Counted from the first letter of the stretch, positions 43,641 through 54,470 are shown. The stretch is DNA of 64,000 nucleotides from Candidatus Obscuribacteraceae bacterium (GCA_044226015.1 JBGAHS010000002.1:657571-721570), one strand, 5' to 3'. The notes: a model not told the origin generated them from the sequence alone. A program made the numbers and translations.

Positions 43641-44774
43641 ATGGGTAAAGGTGGTCTTGAAGATGTCGTTGCAGCGGACTCCAGTGTTTGCTTTTTAGAT
43701 GGCAAAGAAGGGCGTCTGATTTATCAGGGCTATGACATACATGATTTGGCAAAACATTCGACTTTTGAAGAAACGGTTTATTTGCTCTGGTTTGGACGCA
43801 TGCCGGTCAAATCGGAATTGGACAAACTAAACACCGACCTTCAAACAAATCGCAAGTTGCCAGACGACGTTGTGAAAATGATGAAGATGCTTCCAAAGAA
43901 GGCATTGCCTATGGAAGTACTCCGCACAATCGTTTCCATGTTGTCGATGTACGATGAAGATCCGGAAAACAACGATCGTGAACATACGATCAGAAAAGCA
44001 ATTCATCTGACAGCTCAAATGCCTACCATCATTGCTTATTGGGATAACATCCGCAATGGCAAAGAACCGCTTGCACCTCTGACAGATTGCAACCTTGCTA
44101 CAAATTTCTTGTACATGTTGAATCAAAAGATGCCGGACGAGTTGAGCGCAAAGTCACTCGACCTCGCATTGATTCTGCATGCTGACCATGAATTGAACGC
44201 CTCGACTTTCGCAGCTCGCGTCGCAGCAGCTACCGAAACCGACATGCACTCAGCGATTACTGCAGCCATCGGTGCCCTCAAAGGACCACTACACGGCGGA
44301 GCTAATCAGGAAGTTATCAAAATGTTGTTGCAGATTGGCGAGTCCAGCAATGCTGACCCGTTCATCAAGAAGCAACTTGCTGAGCACAAGAAGGTTATGG
44401 GCTTCGGCCACCGCGTATACAAGACAGAAGACCCACGTGCATGGCACTTGCGTCAGATGTCCGAAGAACTCGGAAAGCGCATCGGCGAAATGAAGTGGTT
44501 CGAAATGTCACGCACCATTGAAGAAGCAGTCTTCCGTGAGAAAGGACTCTACGCAAACGTAGACTTCTACTCCGCGTCGGTGTACTACATGCTCGGTATT
44601 CCAATAGACTTGTTCACACCTATCTTCGCAATGAGCCGCATCTCAGGTTGGGCTGCACACGTTCTTGAACAACATGCAAACAACCGCCTGATTCGCCCAC
44701 GTGCAGAGTACACAGGTCAAACGAATCTCAAATACGAGCCAATCGAAAACAGACATGCACTTTCTAAGTCCTAG
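43641..44774 (+). CDS. gltA: Citrate synthase (short type)
   Basis: ADHELNAST, GPLHGGA, MGFGHRVY, NVDFYS, RLIRPR. Confidence 0.93.
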   Translation: MGKGGLEDVVAADSSVCFLDGKEGRLIYQGYDIHDLAKHSTFEETVYLLWFGRMPVKSELDKLNTDLQTNRKLPDDVVKMMKMLPKKALPMEVLRTIVSMLSMYDEDPENNDREHTIRKAIHLTAQMPTIIAYWDNIRNGKEPLAPLTDCNLATNFLYMLNQKMPDELSAKSLDLALILHADHELNASTFAARVAAATETDMHSAITAAIGALKGPLHGGANQEVIKMLLQIGESSNADPFIKKQLAEHKKVMGFGHRVYKTEDPRAWHLRQMSEELGKRIGEMKWFEMSRTIEEAVFREKGLYANVDFYSASVYYMLGIPIDLFTPIFAMSRISGWAAHVLEQHANNRLIRPRAEYTGQTNLKYEPIENRHALSKS

Positions 44775-44830
44775 TACTGGGACGAGCAAAGTGGCGACAA
44801 TTCGATCTGCGGATTAGTCTAAAAAATCAA

Positions 44831-44864
44831 CGAGCACGCTACACCAATAGGGGTCGCGTGCTCG
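44831..44864 (+). terminator. Stem-loop after citrate synthase
   Basis: cgagcacgc...gcgtgctcg inverted repeat; no clear U tract. Confidence 0.45.
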
Positions 44865-44971
44865 CCCTTAAGGGGTGGCAGAACTAGCAGGCTTATTCTG
44901 CAAGCGAAACAGCAGCGTGATGAACGCTCGGTCGACAGAGAAAGCCGGAAAACACAGATTACTATTTAAGA

Positions 44972-45637
44972 ATGAATTGGCAGCAAATCATGGATAAAGC
45001 GTTCACTGAATTGAAAAATTCAGGCGCTGCTGCAGCCGAACCCTGGTTGCGAAAAGCAATTGAAGTAGCAGGCGACGGCACAGAGTTCCAAGCCCTGGCA
45101 ATCTTCAATATGGGGCTTGTTTGCTACGACTTGAAGAAGCCAAAAGAAGCGGAAAATCATCTTGCACACGCCATTGAAATAATTCAGGACCACTTGCCCC
45201 AGCAAGATGAACTCTACGGAATGTTCATCAAAACGATGATTGAATTCTACGAAAAAGAGGGGCGTTTCGCTGAAAGCAAAGAATACTATTTGATGGAAAT
45301 ACAGCACACCAAAAACATGTTTGGTGAGCGGCATCCGTATGTTTCAAATATGATTTGTGAGTATGCCGACGTACTGATGAAGCTGAAAGAGTTTCCCGAG
45401 GCAGAGCGGGCACTCACACGGGCACTAGACATAATGTCTGGCGCTAAGGGACCTGACCATCTTCAGAACGCAAATATTCACAGCAACCTGGCACGCTGCT
45501 ACTCGGCGTTGGGACGCACGGAAGATGCAGAATGGCATAATGCAAGGGCGGCAACTTTGAACTCTCGCCGACCACGAAATGCTGATGGACGCCCGAACAT
45601 CGAAGACAAAGACACTGTAGAGCAACAGTTAGATTGA
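44972..45637 (+). CDS. TPR protein
   Basis: TPRs with FGERHP and GPDHL turns. Confidence 0.85.
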   Translation: MNWQQIMDKAFTELKNSGAAAAEPWLRKAIEVAGDGTEFQALAIFNMGLVCYDLKKPKEAENHLAHAIEIIQDHLPQQDELYGMFIKTMIEFYEKEGRFAESKEYYLMEIQHTKNMFGERHPYVSNMICEYADVLMKLKEFPEAERALTRALDIMSGAKGPDHLQNANIHSNLARCYSALGRTEDAEWHNARAATLNSRRPRNADGRPNIEDKDTVEQQLD

Positions 45638-46158
45638 TGCCAGTTTTCGAGACAGCACGCATAGTAGTTCGCGAATTAGACATTGCTGATGCAGCCGACT
45701 TGCACACCATATGCGGTGACGCAGAAGTCATGAAATTTGTCGGCAACCTTCAACCGTACACTTTTCCACAGACAAAGCAAGCAATTTTGAAATGCCTGAA
45801 AAGCTATGGATGGAACGGCTGGGGCGGCTGGGCACTTTGCGACAAAGACAACGCTAGCTTATTCGGGTATGGTGGCTTTGAGTGGGTGGAAGAACGTTCC
45901 ATGCCAGAACTCTTCTATATCTTCAATGCCGAGCATTGGGGCAAAGGTTTCGCAAGCGAATTCGCAAAAGCAGCTGTCATGTACGCCAAAACAGAGCTAA
46001 AACTGAACCAGCTCGGAACCTCCTTTGACCCAGCCAATAAAGCCTCAATGCGTGTAGCTAGCAAGGTAGGATTCACGTTTTCCCATGAGGGACTAGACGA
46101 ATTCAATCTTCCAACCATTTACTACAGCTTGAAGCTTAATGACTTAGCTATTGATTAA
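45637..46158 (+). CDS. RimJ/RimL-type GNAT acetyltransferase
   Basis: ETARIVVR, HWGKGFASE, NKASMRV..KVGF; TGATG coupling to the upstream gene. Confidence 0.9.
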   Translation: MPVFETARIVVRELDIADAADLHTICGDAEVMKFVGNLQPYTFPQTKQAILKCLKSYGWNGWGGWALCDKDNASLFGYGGFEWVEERSMPELFYIFNAEHWGKGFASEFAKAAVMYAKTELKLNQLGTSFDPANKASMRVASKVGFTFSHEGLDEFNLPTIYYSLKLNDLAID

Positions 46159-46215
46159 AAACCCATTCACGACGGGCTAGGCTCCTATTCTCGATGAATA
46201 AAACCTTTTGTGTCC

Positions 46216-46731
46216 TCAATACTTGTTGAGACAACCATAGCGGCACGAATACCCCATAGAATAATTTCGCACAGCTTCGATGACTCGATTGGCGAACTCA
46301 AAACGATCTCCACCATCGTTGGAGAGTCCATCGAAGTCACCACGCAATGCCTTCATTGCAAATTTTTCGACGTCAATTTCCTGCCTAGTGCGTTTACCCA
46401 TAGCACGCAAAATGGGCACTGGAGGACACCATCCCTGAATTGCATGAAGTAAGAGAAATGAACCTACAATCGCCGGAATAAGTAAAAACCACGGACTCAA
46501 AAAGGCGCCCAAAGCAGTGCCAATTATCACTAGTGAGGATGCATTAGTTTCGATGATTCTCTCAACATCCCACTCAGACTCTAGTTCTTCGATGCGACTT
46601 GAAATAGCAAAATCAGGTTGAGAAGAAAACACATGAATGTTGTGCTCGATTCTTCTGTCAATATCCAAATTCGTTCTCGCCGAAGTGTTATGCCGCACCC
46701 GGTCGAATTCCGAAGGAATCATTTCTACCAT
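46216..46731 (-). CDS. DUF2892/YgaP-like membrane protein
   Basis: EWDVER, two TMs, GWCPP, KALRGDF; AGGAG RBS. Confidence 0.75.
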   Translation of the reverse strand: MVEMIPSEFDRVRHNTSARTNLDIDRRIEHNIHVFSSQPDFAISSRIEELESEWDVERIIETNASSLVIIGTALGAFLSPWFLLIPAIVGSFLLLHAIQGWCPPVPILRAMGKRTRQEIDVEKFAMKALRGDFDGLSNDGGDRFEFANRVIEAVRNYSMGYSCRYGCLNKY

Positions 46732-46836
46732 AATCGATCTCCTTCTAATTATATGTATGTCGCATAAGAGACGCGACACATGCTCACTGGTTCCGAAGAG
46801 CATGTGCCGATCGAGTTTCGTGAGCAACGCTCTGCG

Positions 46837-48570
46837 CTAGCCTGAGCTGCGTGCCATGGCTATTTCGTCAACAATGAATTGAGCGACATGGTCAATGACT
46901 ATGTCTCGAGCATCTTTGTCTCCACGCTTTTTGAATTCGACCAGACCCTGCTCGACCTTCTTACCGACAGTAATTCGCAGAGGAATACCGATTAAATCCA
47001 TATCGTTGAATTTGACTCCAGCACGTTCGTTGCGATCATCCAGCAAAACCTCAATGCCCCTTGCGCGAAGCTCAGAGTAAAGCTTTTCTGCATGATTGCG
47101 AAGGTCGTCATTTGCCCAATTAATAGGAACAATTGCAACTTGAAACGGTGCAACAGAAAGCGGCCAAATAATGCCATGCTCATCGTGATGTTGTTCTACC
47201 ACAGCCGCCAGGAGTCGTTCCACACCAATGCCGTATGAACCCATCAAAATCGGAGTCCGCGCTCCTTCAGAGGTCAAAACATGAGCGTTCATCTTTTCGG
47301 AGTAGCGTGTTCCGAGCTTAAATATATGACCGATTTCCAAAGCAGTTTTCAAACTCAAACTGGCGGAGCACTTGCTGCATTTCTCAGACCCTTTAACGGT
47401 ATGCAAGTCAACAAACCTAGCCACCTTCATGTCTCTTGTGATACTTACATTCTTAAGGTGGTAGTCATTCTGGTTTGCACCAGTAACCATTCCGGTGCGT
47501 CCTTCCAGGCGAGAGTCAGCAATCACGGTGTGAATTTTCTTTCCGTCGCCCCACTCCACGCCGCACGCACCCAGTGAACCGGGTTGAGCACCCAACGCAT
47601 CAACGATTTCAGATTCAGTAGCTGCACGGAGGGTTGCAGCTGCCAATGCCGACTGCAATTTTGATTCATTCAATTCCTGGTCACCCTGCACCAATGCAAT
47701 AACCAGTCTCTCATCGGCTCGCATCACAAGAGTTTTCACTTGCTTCGAAGCAGGATATCCCTCGCCAAACTCTTCAAGTTGTTTGATTGTCCGCACTGCC
47801 GGAGTGTGGAATTTCTCGATAGCAGCCTCACTATGCTGGGTGTCCTTTTCAAAAGCTGATTGAGCCTTCTCTAAATTTGCTGCGTAATTACAAGCATCAC
47901 AAACAACGATAGTGTCTTCGCCAGACTCACTTGCAACCATAAATTCAGCTGACGCGCTGCCGCCCATAGCTCCGGAACTAGCTTCTACCATAGTGAATGG
48001 AATGCCGCACCTCGAAAAGATCTTTTTGTAGGCCTCTCGGTGCAAAACATAAGATTTGTCGAGTCCTTCATCATTTACGTCGAAAGAATAAGAGTCTTTC
48101 ATAGTGAATTCTCGAACTCGAAGCAAACCACCTTTCGGACGCAGTTCATCCCTGAATTTCGTCTGAATTTGATACCACATCTGCGGCAATTGTTTGTAGG
48201 AGTTCAAGCTGTTTCTTGCAATCGAAGTGAATACCTCTTCATGGGTCAACCCCAGGGCAAGCGGCGAATCTTTCCTATCTTTCAAACGAAACATGATGTC
48301 CGAAACAGCTTCCAGGCGCCCCGACTCTTCCCAGAGTTCTAGCGGCTGCAGGGCAGACAACATAAACTCCTGGGCTCCAATCTCATTCATTTCCTGCCTA
48401 ATGATATCAATGATTTTCAATCTGACTCTTTGCGCCAGCGGAAGTATGCTGTAAATACCCGCCGCCAACTGCTGGATGTATCCTCCACGCAATAAAAGCT
48501 TGTGGCTAACCGCTTGCACATTTGCCGGCTCATCTCGAAGAGTCGATATAAAACAATTGCTCCAACGCAT
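46837..48570 (-). CDS. proS: Proline--tRNA ligase (with editing insertion domain)
   Basis: THEE, FRDELRP..GLLRVREF, GHIFKLG, YGIGVER, DLIGIP. Confidence 0.97.
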   Translation of the reverse strand: MRWSNCFISTLRDEPANVQAVSHKLLLRGGYIQQLAAGIYSILPLAQRVRLKIIDIIRQEMNEIGAQEFMLSALQPLELWEESGRLEAVSDIMFRLKDRKDSPLALGLTHEEVFTSIARNSLNSYKQLPQMWYQIQTKFRDELRPKGGLLRVREFTMKDSYSFDVNDEGLDKSYVLHREAYKKIFSRCGIPFTMVEASSGAMGGSASAEFMVASESGEDTIVVCDACNYAANLEKAQSAFEKDTQHSEAAIEKFHTPAVRTIKQLEEFGEGYPASKQVKTLVMRADERLVIALVQGDQELNESKLQSALAAATLRAATESEIVDALGAQPGSLGACGVEWGDGKKIHTVIADSRLEGRTGMVTGANQNDYHLKNVSITRDMKVARFVDLHTVKGSEKCSKCSASLSLKTALEIGHIFKLGTRYSEKMNAHVLTSEGARTPILMGSYGIGVERLLAAVVEQHHDEHGIIWPLSVAPFQVAIVPINWANDDLRNHAEKLYSELRARGIEVLLDDRNERAGVKFNDMDLIGIPLRITVGKKVEQGLVEFKKRGDKDARDIVIDHVAQFIVDEIAMARSSG

Positions 48571-48993
48571 TCTCTTTTCCTTATCTATATACGCAACGAA
48601 GAGAGCCCAACCATCTGTTGGCTCTCACAGCGTTTACTACTACCAGCAAAGCGTGTTAGCCAACCTCGATGGTTGGGCTGCCTGGCGCTGCTGGTGTGTT
48701 AACTGAATTCATTCCTTCATTATGTCCAGCGAAAAGTTTTTGTCAACCAATTACTTCAAAACACTAAGCCCCTATGCCACCACATATGGTGAGGGACAGG
48801 ATTGCTTAAGCGCCTCTAACCCAGATGAGAAAAAGCTCGGAAATGGCTATTTGATTAGGCTTCGCTAAGATACGCAGATCGAACGTGTCGGGTGGGATTT
48901 TTACGATTGCCCGTCGATATACAGCAGACTAAATTTGCATATGGGGAAAGGCAAGGACCTTGAAGTTTTTTATTTGGATGTGAGGTGGAGCTA

Positions 48994-50271
48994 ATGACGG
49001 ACAAAGTAATTCAATTAGATGAAGCGCGCGATAAGACTAGCGAGTCGAAGGACAACTCGAATCAGGCAGGGCAGAATCTAGTTGGCGAGTTGAACAACAA
49101 CAAACAAGAGGCTCTTGCATTGGCGAAGGCTGCGGCAGCTCCCGGACAGTTCCCGGTAGGGTACAGTGTGTTGCCTCCTTACTTGCTGCAAGATCTGGCG
49201 ACCCGTAATCCGCAAAACGGCGACTTCTTAAAGACATACACAAAGACGAAGGACATGCAGGAGACGCCTGTAGTAGTGCGACCAAGAGTCGACACAAATG
49301 CTAATGGCGACCGTGAAGTCTACGACGCCAAAGGCAAGGAAGACCACCCAGGAGACAAGGCTCGCTTCGAAGGAGAGGCAGCAACTGGAGACAATGAAGT
49401 AGACAACGCATACGACTACACTGGAAAAATACGCGACTTTTATCTAAAGGAATACGGACGCAATTCCATTGACGGACAGGGAATGAAATTTATTTCAACT
49501 GTCAACTATGGCGACAACTATGAAAACGCATTCTGGAACGGCTCACAAATGACCTACGGTCGCCCGAGTGACTCAAGCCCCTTCAAGACATTCGTTCTGT
49601 TAGATGTATGCGGACACGAAATCACACATGGCGTCACCGAGAAAGAATCCGGCATGCGCTACTACGGTCAGTCCGGTGCCCTGAACGAAAGTATGTCAGA
49701 CGTATTCGGTGAAATGATTGAGCAATACTCTAAGAAACAAACAGCAGACCAGGCTGACTGGGTAGTCGGAAACGGAATATGGAAAGACACTGTAAAGGGT
49801 CGTGGACTGCGAGACATGTTGAATCCGGGAACTGCCTATGACGATCCAGCAATCGGAAAAGACCCTCAGCCAGCACACATGAAGGATTACTGGAACGGCT
49901 GGGGAGACAATGGTGGCGTGCACTACAACTCCGGCATACCTAACAAGGCGTTTGCCACATTTGCAAAAGCTGTAGGCGGATACGCATGGGAAGATCCAGG
50001 ACACATCTGGTATGACGCAAGAAAAGCTGCAGGAAGTAACCCTGACTTCGCGACATTTGCGTACCATACAATTGAAGCAGCAAAAGCTCGCGGAAAAGCA
50101 GATCTTGTCCAGAAACTAGAAAAGGCTTGGGCTGATGTAGGTGTGGTACCTGCAGCACAAAAAGCTGCCGATACAAAGCCATCAACAGAGTCAGATCCAA
50201 ACAACGATGGCAAGCTTCCTCCACTCGAGAAAGATGATCATGATCACAAACCGCTAAAGAAAGCTGGCTAA
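48994..50271 (+). CDS. M4 family (protealysin-like) metalloprotease, copy 1
   Basis: Propeptide VLPPYLL, NAFWNG, HEITH, GALNES, GGVHYNSG. Confidence 0.93.
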   Translation: MTDKVIQLDEARDKTSESKDNSNQAGQNLVGELNNNKQEALALAKAAAAPGQFPVGYSVLPPYLLQDLATRNPQNGDFLKTYTKTKDMQETPVVVRPRVDTNANGDREVYDAKGKEDHPGDKARFEGEAATGDNEVDNAYDYTGKIRDFYLKEYGRNSIDGQGMKFISTVNYGDNYENAFWNGSQMTYGRPSDSSPFKTFVLLDVCGHEITHGVTEKESGMRYYGQSGALNESMSDVFGEMIEQYSKKQTADQADWVVGNGIWKDTVKGRGLRDMLNPGTAYDDPAIGKDPQPAHMKDYWNGWGDNGGVHYNSGIPNKAFATFAKAVGGYAWEDPGHIWYDARKAAGSNPDFATFAYHTIEAAKARGKADLVQKLEKAWADVGVVPAAQKAADTKPSTESDPNNDGKLPPLEKDDHDHKPLKKAG

Positions 50272-50641
50272 TTCACAGCAATCGAAATTATTTGAGAGGC
50301 ACCTTATTTGGTGCCTCTCTTTTTCTTCGTGAGCGCGCCAGATTCGTATAGTGAGAAGCAGGCTGGAAGCTTGCGCCCCAGGCGGAAATCCTGCGCCCAA
50401 GCGGGAATCCCGGTGATTCACTCTGCGCCATGGAGATTCGGTGCCTGCGCCCCCAGATTCGCCATACTGCGGCACACAATATCACAACCCAAAACGCTTA
50501 CTGGCATTAGGTTCTGCTCAACTGGTGGTATTGTGCAATGCAAGTGGGATTGCTACGCTTGAAGCCAATTCGTAGCAGTTGGTAGAGTAGCTCTGGACTG
50601 GGGGGTCACATTATTCAGTAGGCAAGGCGAGGTCTTTAGAA

Positions 50642-51895
50642 ATGGACGATAACTCACGTCAAAGAGTCGAGAAAGCTACACCCGTTACCGAGCGAAATGA
50701 AGAAGCAAGCAACAAACTTGCATCCGAAGCAAATGCAAAAACAGGCGAAGTTCTGGCGTTCGCCAAAACTGGCAGCGCAGCACAAAGTTTCAAACCAAGC
50801 GGATTTAGCGTCATTCCTCCATATGTCCTGGAAGATTTAGCCAAGAAAAATCCTGGTCAAGACGGCTTTTTGAAAACGTACAACAAGACAAAGGAAATGC
50901 TTGATTCACCGAGCAAAATAAAACCGAGAGCGGTAGGTGGAAATGATTCTGCCCGGGAAGTTTATGACGCTAAAGGAAAAGAAGTACAACCCGGTGATAA
51001 AGCTCGCTTTGAAGGAGACAAGGCTACTGGTAATGAAGAAGTAGACAACGCCTATGATTACACGGGCTTTATTCGCGACTTCTACAAGAAAGAATACGGG
51101 CGCGATTCTATCGACGGCAATGGCATGAAATTTGTCTCCACCGTAAATTATGGAGACAACTATGAGAATGCATTCTGGAACGGGTCGCAGATGACCTATG
51201 GTCATCCTTCAGCAGACAGCCCTTTCAAAACGTTTGTGCTTCTAGACGTATGCGGACATGAAATCACCCATGGTGTCACAGAAAAAGAATCGAACCTGAC
51301 TTATTACGGTCAATCAGGAGCACTGAACGAAAGCCTCTCGGACGTATTTGGCGAACTAATCGAACAATACTCTAAGAAGCAAACCGCAGATCAAGCCGAT
51401 TGGGTTGTAGGTAATGGCATTTGGAAAGACACGGTCAAAGGACGCGGCTTGCGCGACATGCTAAATCCAGGCACCGCATATGATGACCCAAAAGTTGGAA
51501 AAGACCCACAACCTGCCCACATGAAAGACTATCTGAAAACGTGGGGAGACAATGGAGGCGTTCACTACAACTCGGGAATTCCAAATAAGGCATTTGCAAC
51601 ATTTGCCAGAGCGGTAGGTGGCAACGCGTGGGAAACACCTGGACATATCTGGTATGAAGCCAGAAAAGCAGCAGGTAGCGACCCAAGTTTCGCACAATTT
51701 GCATATCACACGATTGAAGCAGCAAAGACTCGCAAAGATGCAGAACTAGTGAAGAAACTGGAAAAAGCCTGGTCCGACGTAGGTGTGACTCCATCTGCCA
51801 CAGAAAAGGATAATGACACACCAAGCCGTGGCGATGACGGTGACTGGGACGAAATAAGAAAAGGCGTCAAGAAAGGCTTGAAGAAAGCTTCCTAA
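50642..51895 (+). CDS. M4 family (protealysin-like) metalloprotease, copy 2
   Basis: Same motifs (VIPPYVL, HEITH); close paralogue of copy 1. Confidence 0.93.
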   Translation: MDDNSRQRVEKATPVTERNEEASNKLASEANAKTGEVLAFAKTGSAAQSFKPSGFSVIPPYVLEDLAKKNPGQDGFLKTYNKTKEMLDSPSKIKPRAVGGNDSAREVYDAKGKEVQPGDKARFEGDKATGNEEVDNAYDYTGFIRDFYKKEYGRDSIDGNGMKFVSTVNYGDNYENAFWNGSQMTYGHPSADSPFKTFVLLDVCGHEITHGVTEKESNLTYYGQSGALNESLSDVFGELIEQYSKKQTADQADWVVGNGIWKDTVKGRGLRDMLNPGTAYDDPKVGKDPQPAHMKDYLKTWGDNGGVHYNSGIPNKAFATFARAVGGNAWETPGHIWYEARKAAGSDPSFAQFAYHTIEAAKTRKDAELVKKLEKAWSDVGVTPSATEKDNDTPSRGDDGDWDEIRKGVKKGLKKAS

Positions 51896-52671
51896 GCGTC
51901 TTTGGTGCCTGCCAATTCAGCATAGGACAAGTAAACTTTTTCCAGAAAATTCTCGGAGGACTCTCCTTTATTTTCTGGATTTAGTTTTGTCCTGAAATAC
52001 AATTCAAGGTCCTTCGCAACGCGAGTACGGCTGGAAGGTTCCATCTTGTGGCGCTTTCGCAAAAACGCGAGCAAGAGCTGATATTCATCAAGTGAAAGTT
52101 GCCCAGCATCAACAAACGAAGTAGTTGGTAGCTCAGTGCTAATTTGCAAACTTCTTCCAGCCAGCTCAGGGCGCCGCTCTCTTATAACCAGAGTTCCGCC
52201 CATCAAATCGCCAAGACGACGTTCGTTCTTGTCAAAAATCATAAAGACGACACCGATCATCAGGACGCCGGCATCAATTATTCGCACCAGGTTTCTGATA
52301 ATAACCGAAGCCCAGTTCACGGGCTGACCATTCGCTTCGATAACTCGAATGTCCGCGAACTTTTTGCCTGGAGTCTGCCCGTTCCAAAGTTTCTCAAAAA
52401 GAATGAAGTAACCAAACTGGATGATAAAAGCAATGAGAATGCTTACACCCGCGACATAATAGTAAAGCGTAGTCTTGCTCTCCATCGGCATATCCATAGC
52501 TGTCACAAAAGACGCGATACCGACGGCGACAATAATCACAACAAACAAAGCCAGGTAAATCATAACCATGTCCAGGAAGGCGGCATAGATGCGACATCCC
52601 ATTCCTGCTAACTCAAGGTGTAGGTCAACATTTTCCGGGGTAGAGATTGAATAGTGTGGGCTGTTGCTCAT
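51892..52671 (-). CDS. RDD family membrane protein
   Basis: TPENVDL, RIYAAFLD, GQTPGK, RRLGDLMGGTLV. Confidence 0.9.
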   Translation of the reverse strand: MSNSPHYSISTPENVDLHLELAGMGCRIYAAFLDMVMIYLALFVVIIVAVGIASFVTAMDMPMESKTTLYYYVAGVSILIAFIIQFGYFILFEKLWNGQTPGKKFADIRVIEANGQPVNWASVIIRNLVRIIDAGVLMIGVVFMIFDKNERRLGDLMGGTLVIRERRPELAGRSLQISTELPTTSFVDAGQLSLDEYQLLLAFLRKRHKMEPSSRTRVAKDLELYFRTKLNPENKGESSENFLEKVYLSYAELAGTKDA

Positions 52672-52690
52672 TTGCTGAAATCGAGACCTT

Positions 52691-53707
52691 ATGAACGTTG
52701 AAAGATGGGTTGCAACCAGACAAATTTCCTGGCAAAAGCTGGAGGATCTTCTCCTTCAGGTTGAGAAAAAGGGTCTGCCGAGCCTTAGTAGAGAACAACT
52801 GCAATCACTTGGCAGGCTTTACCGTTCCGCAGCCTCAGACTTGTCCAGGGCAAGAGTCATGGGACTCGGCTTCGACGTTACTGGTTACCTCAACAACCTC
52901 GTCGTCAAAGGGCACAATCAAGTTTATCAGAGTCCGAGAAATCGCTGGCACGACCTCTGGCACTTTCTCTGGATTACATTCCCAACAAACTTCAGAAACA
53001 ACCTTGGCTATGTACTGTTGTCATTTCTTTGTTTCGCAATACCTTTTGCAGTAACCTGGTTCACAGTATTGCAGAACATCAATTTCGCCCACATGGAAAT
53101 GCTTCCGAACCATCCGCTTGTGTCAGACGAACTGTGGTCATACATCGAGGCGAAACAAATGTGGACAGACGCTGTCGCTGGTCACAGCCCGGCTGCCGCG
53201 AGTTTCATAGCAACCAACAACATCAAAGTGGCGCTCATGGCATACGCATTCGGTGCCACCGCCGGTTTAGGAACTCTTTTTGTCCTGTTCACCAATGGTA
53301 TGTCAATCGGAGCAACATTCGCCGTCTGCCAGGTTTATGGAATGGCAGATCGCCTGGGCGCTTTCGTTGCGCCCCATGGAGTCTTCGAGTTGAGTGCCAT
53401 CTATATTAGTGGGGGTGCAGGCTTGATGATGGCGAAAGGCATTTTATTTCCGGGACAAATGCGGCGCACTGACTCAATGAAAAAAATGGCGAAAGAAGGC
53501 TCGCTGCTAGCGTTGGGCTGCATTCCGCTTTTGCTAATTGCCGGAGCCATCGAGGGCTATGTGTCTCCCCGAACCGACATTCCACTCGAATACAAACTTG
53601 CCGTGTCAATTGCAACCGCAGTAGTGCTTCTCTTTTACCTATTTGCACCGCGAACGATACCAACAGAAAAGAAAAAAGAGAATCAAATTCAGACCGTTCC
53701 CGCCTGA
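52691..53707 (+). CDS. SpoIIM/DUF95-like membrane protein
   Basis: LYRSAASDL, IATNNIKVA, PHGVFELSA, AGAIEGYVS. Confidence 0.88.
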   Translation: MNVERWVATRQISWQKLEDLLLQVEKKGLPSLSREQLQSLGRLYRSAASDLSRARVMGLGFDVTGYLNNLVVKGHNQVYQSPRNRWHDLWHFLWITFPTNFRNNLGYVLLSFLCFAIPFAVTWFTVLQNINFAHMEMLPNHPLVSDELWSYIEAKQMWTDAVAGHSPAAASFIATNNIKVALMAYAFGATAGLGTLFVLFTNGMSIGATFAVCQVYGMADRLGAFVAPHGVFELSAIYISGGAGLMMAKGILFPGQMRRTDSMKKMAKEGSLLALGCIPLLLIAGAIEGYVSPRTDIPLEYKLAVSIATAVVLLFYLFAPRTIPTEKKKENQIQTVPA

Positions 53708-53711
53708 ACTT

Positions 53712-54470
53712 CTATTTTATTTTGGGAACGCGACCCGTGCCGTGACAAACCGGGCACTTACCTTTGCTCACAGCTTTGCCTTCTTTATCGAACGAAATGA
53801 GCTCTCCAAGATGATGTTCAGAGAATGCTTCCCATGCGCCAGAGTGATTGAACTTGATCCATCGAAGATTTGATTTTTTTCCTTCAGGTGACATGTATTG
53901 CCAGCCAGGCATTGACAGCTTGAGACAATTTGCTGGACAAATACCGCGCTGATAGCAACGAATTGTGCGCGCAGCATTGTCAGCTGTTCGGCGCATTGTC
54001 ATACTTCGAGCATGTTCTTTCAACCAGTCATATTGAACCAACGCTTTTGCGTACTGTTTTTGAGCCTGGTAGGAAGCAGCTAAATATTCGCGCGATTCAT
54101 CGTCTGCTGTCCCCGCGCTCACAAACTTCTCAAATTTTGCAATCGCTTCTTTTGTTTTACCGCTCTTGTACAGCTTAGCGGCTTCGTCAAAACCGGCTGG
54201 TTTAGGCTTTTCAACGGAAGGAAGCGAACGTGGAGCCGCAGGTGGCGATACCGGCGGTGGTGACTGAGCACCTGCTTGCTCTGTGGACCCACCGGCTCCA
54301 TCAGGAGCTTGCTCTGAATCTTTGTCGTCTTTCGACTCGGAAGATTCAATCTTCGGAGGCGGCTTAACCAGCCATGAGTCTGGGCTCTTTTCCTGCGCCG
54401 AAACTGGCGCGGACAGTAGTAAAGCCATTAATAGCGTAGGAAACAATAGACTACTGGCTAAAAATTTCAT
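53712..54470 (-). CDS. Secreted Pro-rich/TPR protein with Cys motifs
   Basis: Signal peptide, Pro-rich linker, TPR, CPANCL and CPVCHGTG. Confidence 0.75.
   Translation of the reverse strand: MKFLASSLLFPTLLMALLLSAPVSAQEKSPDSWLVKPPPKIESSESKDDKDSEQAPDGAGGSTEQAGAQSPPPVSPPAAPRSLPSVEKPKPAGFDEAAKLYKSGKTKEAIAKFEKFVSAGTADDESREYLAASYQAQKQYAKALVQYDWLKEHARSMTMRRTADNAARTIRCYQRGICPANCLKLSMPGWQYMSPEGKKSNLRWIKFNHSGAWEAFSEHHLGELISFDKEGKAVSKGKCPVCHGTGRVPKIK

Noticed and set aside
50565..50620. tRNA-like stretch (gcagttggtagag)
   Set aside because: No acceptor stem or T-arm GTTCRA can be formed
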